DNA of 64,000 bases from positions 3,168,001-3,232,000 of the forward strand of contig OZ223236.1 of the NCBI GenBank assembly GCA_965140445.1, written 5' to 3'. A model generated the notes under the pieces. The model was not told where the DNA came from. It searched no databases and saw only the letters and a list, made by a program, of their open reading frames with translations. Source of the DNA: Candidatus Ozemobacteraceae bacterium. Lineage in GTDB: Bacteria > Muiribacteriota > Ozemobacteria > Ozemobacterales > Ozemobacteraceae. The first letter of the stretch is position 1, and each line of letters starts with the position of its first letter. Shown here piece after piece: positions 39,919 through 48,908 of the stretch. Position numbers and translations under genes: made by a program.

Positions 39919-40650
39919 TTAATCTCTAGATCTAAGTTTTGAAAGAAGTCTAAGTATTTCAAGATACAACCAAACGATTGTAACCATAATGCCAAATGCT
40001 GAATACCATTCTAAATATTCTGGCGCGCCATTTTGAACACCTTGATTGACTCTTTCGAAATCTAAGAGAAGATTAAGAGCAGCAACACCTACGATTACAA
40101 GGCTGATAACAATACCCATTGGCCCAGTAGAAGCAAAAGGCGATGCAAAGCCAAACATTCCAAGTAACATTGAGCCCAGATAAGCAAAAAATATCCCCGC
40201 AGTAGCAGTGATTATACCAGCTTGAAAGCGAGCAGTAACTTTTATCAGTCCTGTTTTATATGCAAACAACATACAACCAAGCGTTCCAAAAGTTAGCAAC
40301 AAAGCATGAAATACAATTCCATTATAAAGCATGGCATAAGCGGCTGAAATTGCGCCGAGAAGGAGTCCTTCAAAAACGGCGTAAATTGGGGCAAAGAAAC
40401 GCGCATTTTGTTTCATGAAAATTGTAAGTAAGGAAAAAATTAAGCTTCCCCCAAATCCTACCATCATAAGTTCTTTTGCGGTGCCGGGAGCTTCAAAACT
40501 ATATCGCCATGTAATACTTGCCGCAAAAAATAGCAAGATAAACAGAAAACCGGTTTTGTTAACGGTTCCCTGGAAAGTCATAGCATGTGATGATGAGGAT
40601 TGAGCTGCATCATACAAGTTTGAGTTAAAAACAGGATTTGAATTTCTCAT
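39919..40650 (-). CDS. Bax inhibitor-1/YccA family membrane protein
   Basis: SNPVF..MT..GTVNKT; LLLDFE...GV..GAP...EWY.AFG.MVT.VWLYLEILRLL. Confidence 0.92.
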   Translation of the reverse strand: MRNSNPVFNSNLYDAAQSSSSHAMTFQGTVNKTGFLFILLFFAASITWRYSFEAPGTAKELMMVGFGGSLIFSLLTIFMKQNARFFAPIYAVFEGLLLGAISAAYAMLYNGIVFHALLLTFGTLGCMLFAYKTGLIKVTARFQAGIITATAGIFFAYLGSMLLGMFGFASPFASTGPMGIVISLVIVGVAALNLLLDFERVNQGVQNGAPEYLEWYSAFGIMVTIVWLYLEILRLLSKLRSRD

Positions 40651-40680
40651 TTTCTTATCTCCTAATTTAGAGTCATTTAC

Positions 40681-41691
40681 TTAAATTGATTTAAAACTTT
40701 CAGTTTCTTTCAAACCCTCTTCCAGGTTCTCCAGATCAGTTCTAATTGATTTAATATCTTTAAAAATTTTGTCAGAAGAAGCCTGGAGAGTTTGAATATC
40801 TGCAAATTTCAAGGCATTCAACTTGTCCATCATGGAGCTAAACATTTCTGATATCTGAAGTCTTTGAGCCTTTATTCTTTGAAGACAAACTTCAAGTTTT
40901 TCCAATTCAGCAATTCGACTGATTTTCATTTCAAGAGCAGAAGAAAGCTGTTGTTTTACCACCTCATCTTTTGCATCCTTAATTTCAATTTCAAGATTTT
41001 CTTTTTCATGGTGAAGTTTATTTTTATCAGTAGTCTTTAAAAAGCCGCCTAGATGAGCGCTCCTCATTAGAGTTCTGGCATGGTCTTTTTGTAATTGCTC
41101 CATTTGGTTTAGATTTTCAGTCAAAGAATTCCTTAAATTTTCTGGCGACTCCTTGATAAAAGTTTTAACCTTATCCATTTCCTGGCTAATATTTTGAAAC
41201 TCACGCATATGATTATCTTCTATATATTCTTGACCACGATTCTCACCAGAAAGTTTCAAAATATTTTTCTTAAGCTGGGTTTTGTTAAAATTTAATGCCA
41301 TTCCTGCTGCTCCAGAAGCTATTCCCTTAACGGTAACCCCCTTGAGGAAGGCAAACATAATAATCGTTGTCAAAATTGTCGCACCTGAAGCGACAGTTAA
41401 GCCCGCACTTAAAATGATATAAGGGCAATAAACAGTTGCAAGCCCCCCAAAGATATAGCTTGCGTCTCTATCCCGGTAGGATAAAACGATTAAAACAAAT
41501 GTTAAGAGCCAAAAAAAGAGGGTAGATTCGCTAGATACCTCTTTGACCAGCTTAATCATCAAGTAATAATTGACAGAAAAACCACAGATGGAAGCAAGGG
41601 TCCTAATGATCTTACCATTGTCCACATTTTCTTCGATTTGAATTTCTCTTTTGGGTATTTTGCTTATTTGAGTTTTTTGAGAAGTATCCAC
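40681..41691 (-). CDS. hypothetical membrane protein with long C-terminal coiled coil
   Basis: several N-terminal hydrophobic helices, then heptad-rich region; GTG start after SD GGAGA. Confidence 0.7.
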   Translation of the reverse strand: MDTSQKTQISKIPKREIQIEENVDNGKIIRTLASICGFSVNYYLMIKLVKEVSSESTLFFWLLTFVLIVLSYRDRDASYIFGGLATVYCPYIILSAGLTVASGATILTTIIMFAFLKGVTVKGIASGAAGMALNFNKTQLKKNILKLSGENRGQEYIEDNHMREFQNISQEMDKVKTFIKESPENLRNSLTENLNQMEQLQKDHARTLMRSAHLGGFLKTTDKNKLHHEKENLEIEIKDAKDEVVKQQLSSALEMKISRIAELEKLEVCLQRIKAQRLQISEMFSSMMDKLNALKFADIQTLQASSDKIFKDIKSIRTDLENLEEGLKETESFKSI

Positions 41692-41752
41692 CTGGCTGTC
41701 TCCCTAATTATTTGTCACATTCTACAACATTTTAGGTAATGTTAAAATAGGA

Positions 41753-41781
41753 AACATGAGCTGCACAAGGCAGCTCATGTT
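41753..41781 (-). terminator. hairpin/probable terminator after the VIT-vWA gene
   Basis: perfect 12-bp stem AACATGAGCTGC/GCAGCTCATGTT just past the stop codon. Confidence 0.7.
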
Positions 41782-41791
41782 ATATCTTTAT

Positions 41792-44260
41792 TTACAGCTC
41801 CTCATCAGAGTTAATGTCGTCTACGTAAGGGTCTTTTGCTGCAGGCTGAAAAAGACTTTTTACTATAATCCAAGGGACTTGAAGCACTTTGTAACAAAGC
41901 CAAAGGGTAAACAGAATTCCTAATATAAAAAGAGGCACATTAATTACCACGTTAAGAATTGGAACACCATAATCATTCCAGATTCTGGTATACCAAGTTG
42001 TAACGACTTGTTCGGTAATAATTGTGTTAGTGGTTGGGTCATAGCGAAATCTTTCTCCATTATTCTGTCCCTGACCAATTTCATCAACTGTTCCGTGAAC
42101 AGTACAGAAGATGTGACCCGTGCCAGAAATGTCACCAATTACACCATAAGTACATCCAGACTCTGGTTTTGATAATGGACCTTTTAAATAACCGCCTTTT
42201 ACCAGGAAGTTATCTGGGTCTGTAGGATCTCCAATGTTATTAGTAACCAATTCGGTATGATCCATATTATACATTTCAATAGCCCCAAGAAGAACTCTCA
42301 TATTAGCGAAACAAGCTTTACCCCGCGCTTGTTCTCTGGATTTTCTGAAATTTGGTATAGCAAGAGCGGCGATTGGAAGAAAACCGCTTGCTCCCCATAA
42401 AGAAACCGATTTTGCCTTTGACTTTTTTATAACAACTCTTTTTGGAGCTGATTTAATATCGATGCCATTAAGGGATACTGCAAGAGATTTCCCATTTGGC
42501 TTATAATCATCCTTCTTTGCAATTTGAGGCACCACAGCTTTTGATACTGCTATAAAGGATGTATATGGAGTTGTAAACTGGTATTTTTTACTTAATTCTA
42601 TAACCTTGTTCTTTAGTTCTGGTTTTTCACCATATGTTTTTATTGAATTTAAAAGGTCATCAGCTTTAGACCTTGCCCAGAATCTACTAACAAAAAGGTT
42701 TTCATTGGAATCTTCCGTGAAGTTGGCATCAACGGGATATTCAACTTTTTCTGTGTTTAGAGTCCCTTTTAATGTGATCTTTTTTGCGCCACCGTTTTTA
42801 TATCTTCCAGTAATGACTAGTTGAGTTCCTTTGTATACATTTGGAAGTGTTTTAGGGTAGGTTTCTGTTACTTCGAGGTCTCCATAATCCAGGCTTAAAT
42901 CAACCAGTAATGGTGTAGAAATTGATCTGTAGAAATCGATTAATTCAGAATCAATATTGGCGTATCTATCAAGATATAGTGGTTCACCGCGATTTTCCAA
43001 AGACAAACGTCCAAGAAGTTGTTTATTTATAGAGTTTCCAACCCCAATTGAGAATGTTCTTATTTTTTGAGTATTTGCTGAATTGTAATTCTCAATAATC
43101 GAATTTGAGTTGGTTACTCCATTACTGGCTTCTCCGTCCGTTAAAAATACAACTGCTTTGGTTCTTTCAAGGTCTTCATCAAAGAATTTTAAAGCCTTCA
43201 AAAGGGAATCATTAATATTAGTTCCCCCTCTAGCGGACAATTGCTCAATAAAGGAAGATGCGTCATCTCTATTTTCTTTTGAAACTGATTGAAGTTCTTC
43301 TTTCCATGTCCAGGCTGTGCTTGAAAATGCTACAATGCCAAATCTGTCGTTTTCATTCAGTTTTTCAACAAAGAAGTTAAATGCGGTTTTGGTTTTTTTC
43401 AGTTTGTCCCCATTCATACTTCCGCTGACATCCATTACAAAAACAATATCTCTATTTACAATGTCCTTCTGGTCAGTTACTTCTTGAGGTGAAAGCATTA
43501 ATACAAAATAACCATCCGCTTCTTTGTCAGGTCGGGTTGATAGGAAGTTGACCGCCATCTTGTCTGCTTTAACTTCATACTCCAGAGCAAAGTCTTTATC
43601 AGGCATGTAGTTGTTTTGCTCAAAAATAGCTTTCCAGTTATTTTCTGATTTTTTTTCAGCGTAAATATCGTGGGATGGAGACTTAAAGGATACAATGTCC
43701 TTCTGATCTTCAACTTCTATTGAAATGCTGACTGTTTCAAGAGGCCTTTTGACCCACGATTTAATAGAAAAAGGAAGATGATAAGAAATCTTTCCTTTGT
43801 TGTAAGAGAGAATTTCACTATATTCGATTACAACAGATGCACGAGAATTGGGTCCTATTGAGCCAATTGAAGTTTCAAAAACTCCAGGCCTTTTTTGAAC
43901 CGCCATAGCAGGCATTAAGCCATCTTCTTTTGCTTCATTAAATTCTTTAGTTGCAGTATTTTTTTCCTCAATTTTCCCTTCATATACTTTACCTTCGCTG
44001 TCTGTTAAAGAAAAATTTTGAACAGAAGCTTTTTCATGGATTGGAAACTGAAGATTTGGTTGTACAGTAAAATCATAAGGGTTATCAAAAGTTTGAGTTA
44101 GTCTGGTTACGGCAACCTGATTTTTAACTGTAACTTCGATTTTTTGAGAAACAATTGTCAGGTCTCCCTTTTGGCAAAATAAGTAACCGGCAAATGATGA
44201 AATATTGGGTGAAATTAAGAACAATAATGTGAGAAATAATAACATTTGACGCTTTTTCAT
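41792..44260 (-). CDS. secreted VIT + von Willebrand A protein with internal pilin-like domain and C-terminal TM anchor
   Basis: signal peptide; VIT (QTFDNP..FPI..ASV..F); MIDAS DVSGSM..GGTN..LTDG; TTPYTSF; AIPNFRK..KACFANMRVLLGAIEMYNMD; C-terminal hydrophobic helix. Confidence 0.88.
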   Translation of the reverse strand: MKKRQMLLFLTLLFLISPNISSFAGYLFCQKGDLTIVSQKIEVTVKNQVAVTRLTQTFDNPYDFTVQPNLQFPIHEKASVQNFSLTDSEGKVYEGKIEEKNTATKEFNEAKEDGLMPAMAVQKRPGVFETSIGSIGPNSRASVVIEYSEILSYNKGKISYHLPFSIKSWVKRPLETVSISIEVEDQKDIVSFKSPSHDIYAEKKSENNWKAIFEQNNYMPDKDFALEYEVKADKMAVNFLSTRPDKEADGYFVLMLSPQEVTDQKDIVNRDIVFVMDVSGSMNGDKLKKTKTAFNFFVEKLNENDRFGIVAFSSTAWTWKEELQSVSKENRDDASSFIEQLSARGGTNINDSLLKALKFFDEDLERTKAVVFLTDGEASNGVTNSNSIIENYNSANTQKIRTFSIGVGNSINKQLLGRLSLENRGEPLYLDRYANIDSELIDFYRSISTPLLVDLSLDYGDLEVTETYPKTLPNVYKGTQLVITGRYKNGGAKKITLKGTLNTEKVEYPVDANFTEDSNENLFVSRFWARSKADDLLNSIKTYGEKPELKNKVIELSKKYQFTTPYTSFIAVSKAVVPQIAKKDDYKPNGKSLAVSLNGIDIKSAPKRVVIKKSKAKSVSLWGASGFLPIAALAIPNFRKSREQARGKACFANMRVLLGAIEMYNMDHTELVTNNIGDPTDPDNFLVKGGYLKGPLSKPESGCTYGVIGDISGTGHIFCTVHGTVDEIGQGQNNGERFRYDPTTNTIITEQVVTTWYTRIWNDYGVPILNVVINVPLFILGILFTLWLCYKVLQVPWIIVKSLFQPAAKDPYVDDINSDEEL

Positions 44261-44364
44261 AGATTCGCTCCTAGACTCTAATCTTTTTGCCTGTTCAACG
44301 AAATAAAGGAAAAATAATAAAAAATAATTTCGAAGTCTTTCGTTTTTTTAGGCAAGTATTAAAT

Positions 44365-44381
44365 AGCAATTGGCATGCCAA
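44365..44381 (-). promoter_or_regulatory. sigma54 (-24/-12) promoter
   Basis: minus strand TTGGCATGCCAATTGCT = GG-N10-GC, ~105 nt upstream of the VIT-vWA start. Confidence 0.7.
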
Positions 44382-44394
44382 AAATCTCTTCTCT

Positions 44395-44440
44395 AAAAAA
44401 ATAAAGCGCGACAAACAAGCCGCGCTTTATTTTTTCTTTT
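44395..44440 (-). terminator. intrinsic terminator after the exonuclease gene
   Basis: AAAATAAAGCGCG...CGCGCTTTATTTT. Confidence 0.75.
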
Positions 44441-44443
44441 AAA

Positions 44444-45058
44444 TTATCTTACTGGAGGCGTTTCTGGAAATATAAGTTTATGTTCAAGAAGATCCCTTCC
44501 AGTGTAATAGCCTTCTGTTGAAAGCTTATCAAGCAATCCCATTAAAATTTCTTTTACTGCAACTGTATCATTCATTGCTCTGTGAGCATTTTCAAGATTT
44601 ACATTAAAGTGTTTTGCAACCGCCCCCAGCTTATTTGAAGAAAGGTTTAAAAACCTCCTGGAAAGCTTTAATGTGCACATAGAAGGCATAGTGAGGGGTT
44701 TCTGTAGGTATTTCCTCGTAGCATAATCCAAAAAGCCCCAGTCAAAAGGGACATTATGGGAAACAAATATGCTATCTTTAAGTATCTGGTCGACAATTGG
44801 AATTATTTCCTCAATTGTTGGCTGATCCTTAACCATTTCATCAGTAATTCCAGTTATTTTAACGATTTGTTTTGGAATTGGCATATTAGGGTTGACCAGT
44901 TGTTCAAAGATTTCTTCTTCTCCGTTTCTTATTGAAATCATCGCTATTTCGGTTATACCGGCGGAAACTGGTTCGAACCCTGTAGTTTCAAGATCTAAAA
45001 CTACAAATGGGAGTTCTTTTAAAGGTTTATCTAGAAAATCTGGAAGCTGTCTGTACAT
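44444..45058 (-). CDS. DEDDh 3'-5' exonuclease (DnaQ/PolC-exo-like)
   Basis: VLDLETTG, ITGIT.EMV, SHNVPFD.GFL, HRAMND. Confidence 0.92.
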   Translation of the reverse strand: MYRQLPDFLDKPLKELPFVVLDLETTGFEPVSAGITEIAMISIRNGEEEIFEQLVNPNMPIPKQIVKITGITDEMVKDQPTIEEIIPIVDQILKDSIFVSHNVPFDWGFLDYATRKYLQKPLTMPSMCTLKLSRRFLNLSSNKLGAVAKHFNVNLENAHRAMNDTVAVKEILMGLLDKLSTEGYYTGRDLLEHKLIFPETPPVR

Positions 45059-45064
45059 GATGGT

Positions 45065-45093
45065 ATCTTATTACTAACAGGCCTCAAGGTCAA
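45065..45093 (-). promoter_or_regulatory. sigma70 promoter TTGACC-N17-TAAGAT, probably leaderless
   Basis: -10 ends 6 nt before the ATG at 45058; no SD. Confidence 0.7.
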
Positions 45094-45113
45094 ACTACAA
45101 AATTCAGGTTTTT

Positions 45114-45500
45114 ATGAAAATTCAAAAAATTAAAGGTTCAATAAGTAAAATAGAAGAAGAAAATGTTTTTGTAACAGACTTAGATAGCGGTTTAGAGATA
45201 TGTTTAAGGAGTGAAGACTTTTTTGAACCCTACGTGGGGCAGGAAGTTGAATTTCTCTGCATAGTTGCAAAAAACTCAGGTGGAATTTCAAGAAAATTTG
45301 CTGTTAAGGAAAAACCAGCTCCCAAACCAATGAAAATGAAAAGTTTTGGTTCCTTAGTAAAACAGATGATAAAAGCAAAAGAACGTTTGCTCGCAAATCT
45401 AAATGAAATTGAAGATTCTGATTATGAAGGTGTTTCTATCGAAGATTTGAAAGATAAGATTGCTTTTCTGGAAGAAGGAATTGAAAAATTTAGCGGGTAA
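45114..45500 (+). CDS. hypothetical protein (possible OB-fold-like N-terminus)
   Basis: clean ORF with AGG upstream; weak motif evidence only. Confidence 0.6.
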   Translation: MKIQKIKGSISKIEEENVFVTDLDSGLEICLRSEDFFEPYVGQEVEFLCIVAKNSGGISRKFAVKEKPAPKPMKMKSFGSLVKQMIKAKERLLANLNEIEDSDYEGVSIEDLKDKIAFLEEGIEKFSG

Positions 45501-45501
45501 T

Positions 45502-46098
45502 TTACTTTAAGGGTGGGCAGATAAAAGGACTTTTCAAGTTTTCAGATACTGGAAACATGCGATTCGGAGTTAAGACCACAAGGTCATCGAGTTTAATTAA
45601 CCTTTTTTTCCCTTTTTTTGATCTGTAAATCACCTTACTAAGCTTTCGCTCGCTACCAATTAACATGTTTTTGCTTAAAGTAATATGAGGTTGGTAATTA
45701 CTGGCGTCAGCGAAATCAAAAGTTTGAATCTTTTTTCCAAGAGTCTCTATCAATTCATTATGAAAAGCCATCAATTTGTCATTAGGCATTACTTTAAGAA
45801 ATATAACCGGGCTTTTGCCTTCTTCATAATGAAAGAGGTCAAAACCTCGAACAAATATCTTTAATGGAATATGCTTTTTGGCTATTCGTGCAATTTCTGG
45901 TATGAGTTCAATTAACGCATCTTCATCAAAAAATTCTTTTGAATGACCTAAAAATTTTACAGTTAAATGAGTGTTTTCTGAGGGAACAAAATTATGGAAG
46001 AGTCCATTTAATTTTCGCTGACAAGACCGTATAAAAGGTCTTTCGGAAATTGGAATCCTAAAAGCTAATGTGTAAGGTAGATTGCAGGTTGTAACCAT
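45502..46098 (-). CDS. 2H phosphoesterase (2'-5' RNA ligase / ThpR-like)
   Basis: NTHLTVKFLG and YQPHITL motifs. Confidence 0.85.
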   Translation of the reverse strand: MVTTCNLPYTLAFRIPISERPFIRSCQRKLNGLFHNFVPSENTHLTVKFLGHSKEFFDEDALIELIPEIARIAKKHIPLKIFVRGFDLFHYEEGKSPVIFLKVMPNDKLMAFHNELIETLGKKIQTFDFADASNYQPHITLSKNMLIGSERKLSKVIYRSKKGKKRLIKLDDLVVLTPNRMFPVSENLKSPFICPPLK

Positions 46099-46121
46099 CT
46101 TTTGTTTACCAAATCTAAAAG

Positions 46122-46160
46122 AAAAAAGGCGAAAGGTTTTACCCTTTCGCCTTTTTATTG
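46122..46160 (-). terminator. intrinsic terminator after the PLP-enzyme gene
   Basis: AAAAAAGGCGAAAGG...CCTTTCGCCTTTTT. Confidence 0.8.
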
Positions 46161-46163
46161 ATT

Positions 46164-47654
46164 CTACAAGTTTTCTAATACACCAGTTTTTTTATTGAAA
46201 TCTTCAATTAACTCATCCCAATGCTTTAAAACTGAATCGTCAAAAACATCTTCCCAGAATTCAAGGTCCCAAAGTTCGTTGATTTCTTCAACGGTTTTGC
46301 CCTGCTGTTCAACCCAGGTGTAATATTTAAAATTATGAAGGCGCTTTCTGTCATGATAGTTTAATTCCATCATGTCACCTGTTCCTTCACCGACCAAATA
46401 TCTTTCGAAATCTGCCATGGCGCGGCCATTGCAATAATTTCCTTTTTCTTCTTTTTGTTCAGCAAGTCTAGATTGATACATTTCTGCAGAATCTGTTAAA
46501 CAGGTGAAAATTACATCATTCTCATCCATTTCATAGAATTTTGCAGCTTTAATTGCAGAAAGAAGATTGCTTATACTGCTTATTCCAAGAAGGTGAAGTT
46601 GGTCGATTAACTCTTGCTTAACTCCATTGTTTTTAAGGAATTCGTGTCCTGCATTTTCGTTAAACAATCTGAGTAGATTCATGCAGTTTTCATCATCAAC
46701 AGCTACAACAGTGTCGGTGTTTCTTGTATTGTGAATCCAAGGAACATGTTTGTCACCAATACCTTCAATTCTGTGTCCGCCAAAACCGCAGCTAAGGAGG
46801 GTAGGGCATTGAAGAGCTTCTGATGCAATAATTCTTGCATGTGGATGCAATTTCTTAATTCTATCGCCAGCCGCAATTGTTCCTGCTGAACCAGTTGCTG
46901 AAACCCATCCAGCCAAACGACTTTTTGGATTTTTAACTTTGTCAAATATTTCAAGAACTGCATTGCCTGTCTGATGGAAATGCCAAATAGCATTTCCCCA
47001 TTCATCAAACTGATTAAAGATTACTATGTCATCGCCTCTGGTTTTTCTTAATTCCCAGCATTTGTCATAGATTTCTTTAACATTTGATTCACAACCAGGA
47101 GTTGCAAATATTTCGTCGGTTCCAATTTCTTTGAGCCAATTAAATCTTTCTGGACTCATTTCTTCTGGGAGAATTGCTATAGCTGGTGAAGCAAGAAGTG
47201 CGCAATCATAAGCTCCGCCACGGCAATAGTTGCCAGTGCTGGGCCAAACTGCTTTTTGTGTAGTAGGATCAAATTCACCACTCACAAGTCTTGGAGCAAG
47301 ACAACCGAATGCTGCGCCAACTTTATGGGCACCAGTAGGAAAATATTTTCCTACAAGTCCAATTACTTTTGCTTTAATGCCGGTAATCTCACTTGGAAAT
47401 TCAACAAAGTTCACGTCGCCATAAAGGCCAGTGTCAATATTGTTGTGCCATGTAATCCTGAAAAGGTTCAAAGGATCTACATCCCAAAGTCCAAGGTTTT
47501 TAACTTTATCTTTGATTTTTTGAGGAATCAAATCAGGATTTCTTTGCTGAGCAAAAGTAGGAACAATAATGTTTCTTTCTTTAGCGCGTTGAATAGTTTT
47601 TTTCAGGACTTCTTCTTTAACCTGAAGTTTAAATTTATGTGCGTATTTAGCCAC
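46164..47654 (-). CDS. fold-type II PLP-dependent enzyme (OrtB/threonine-synthase-like) linked to the ygeWY purine cluster
   Basis: FPTGAHKVG (PLP Lys), WPSTGNY, SATGSAGTIAAG, HRIEGIGDKHVPWIHN. Confidence 0.85.
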   Translation of the reverse strand: MAKYAHKFKLQVKEEVLKKTIQRAKERNIIVPTFAQQRNPDLIPQKIKDKVKNLGLWDVDPLNLFRITWHNNIDTGLYGDVNFVEFPSEITGIKAKVIGLVGKYFPTGAHKVGAAFGCLAPRLVSGEFDPTTQKAVWPSTGNYCRGGAYDCALLASPAIAILPEEMSPERFNWLKEIGTDEIFATPGCESNVKEIYDKCWELRKTRGDDIVIFNQFDEWGNAIWHFHQTGNAVLEIFDKVKNPKSRLAGWVSATGSAGTIAAGDRIKKLHPHARIIASEALQCPTLLSCGFGGHRIEGIGDKHVPWIHNTRNTDTVVAVDDENCMNLLRLFNENAGHEFLKNNGVKQELIDQLHLLGISSISNLLSAIKAAKFYEMDENDVIFTCLTDSAEMYQSRLAEQKEEKGNYCNGRAMADFERYLVGEGTGDMMELNYHDRKRLHNFKYYTWVEQQGKTVEEINELWDLEFWEDVFDDSVLKHWDELIEDFNKKTGVLENL

Positions 47655-47670
47655 GATGAAGCTCCTTTAT

Positions 47671-48622
47671 TTATGGGAAAACGTGAGTGCCAGCTTCGCC
47701 TTTAACAGCTTTGGCAAGGTTTTCCGGATTGGTTATGATGGCGTGTTTTCCACCGTTTTTTCAAGAATTTAATAATAGCTTCACATTTAGGAAGCATTGA
47801 ACCAGGTTTGAAGTGACCTTCTTTTATGTATTGTTCAAGTTCAGCCATGGTTACTTTGTCTAAAGCTTTCTCTTCTGGAGTTCCAAAATTTAAGCAAGCT
47901 TTTTCAACTGCTGTTGAAACAACAAATACGTCTGCATCAATATTTGAAGCCAGGAGAGCTGAAGCAAAATCTTTATCGATAACCGCAGCTGTTCCTTTAA
48001 GCTGGCCATTTTCATCTCTTACTACAGGAATTCCACCGCCACCAACAGCAACAACGATAAAACCTTTTTCTGTTAAAGTTTTTACTGCATCTTCTTCGAT
48101 GATTTCAAGTGGTAGTGGGGAAGCAACAACTCGCCTCCAGCCTCTGCCTGCATCTTCTACCATATTCCAACCACTTTTTGCCATTCTGTCTTTGGCTTCA
48201 GCTTCTGAATAAAAAGAACCTATTGGTTTGGAAGGTTTTTCAAAAGATGGATCGTTTTTATCAACGAGAACCTGTGTTACAACAGTAACTACTGGTTTTG
48301 AAATTCCTCGTTTTTTAAATTCATTACCAAGTGCCATTTGAAAATTGTAGCCTATGGCCCCCTGGGTATCAGCACCGCATGAATCTAATGGTACTTCGTG
48401 TACCTGATCTCTGGCTATTTCACTTCTAAGAAGTATAAAGCCAACCTGTGGCCCATTGCCATGTGTGACGACTACATTGTAACCAGCTTCGATCATATCT
48501 GCGATATGAACCATTGTTTTACAAGCAGCTTCATACTGGTCTGGAACGGTTTGATGGGATTTGTCTGTAATCAGAGAATTCCCACCGACTGCAACAACTG
48601 CTACTTTGCCATTAGTTGTCAT
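47671..48622 (-). CDS. arcC: carbamate kinase (YqeA/ArcC), with a 1-nt frameshift near the 3' end in this sequence
   Basis: AVGGNSL, HGNGPQVG, PSKPIG, EDAGRGWRRVVASP, VIDKD, GSMLPK; canonical end GGKHAIITNPENLAKAVKGEAGTHVFP* lies in another frame after a 6-nt homopolymer at 47756-47761. Confidence 0.9.
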
Positions 48623-48825
48623 TGAACATTCCTCCGTCATTAAATATGACAATTTCTTTGAATTTGGATTCTATTCCATTCTTTTACTGGTTTGAAACTG
48701 TTTTTTTTAGTTAAAAATCAGCATGCTTTTTTTTGCTTTTCTATTATACTCATTTTCTCTGAAAAGTATAGTTGATTAATTAATTCTAAAAGCTCTTCAA
48801 TTTAAAATTTTCCTTTTTAGAATAG

Positions 48826-48854
48826 TTGTTAAAAACAAAATAGTCAGCTATAAT
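48826..48854 (+). promoter_or_regulatory. sigma70 promoter TTGTTA-N17-TATAAT for ygeY-ygeW
   Basis: consensus -10, 17-nt spacer. Confidence 0.6.
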
Positions 48855-48908
48855 TGCAGAGCCAAAAAAACATGGCCGAAATTAAAGAAAACACACTTGG
48901 AGAATGGA

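Noticed and set aside
48745..48770. Operator palindrome between arcC and ygeY (TATACT..TTTTC-tct-GAAAAGTATA)
   Set aside because: Imperfect, AT-rich and single-copy; cannot be distinguished from chance
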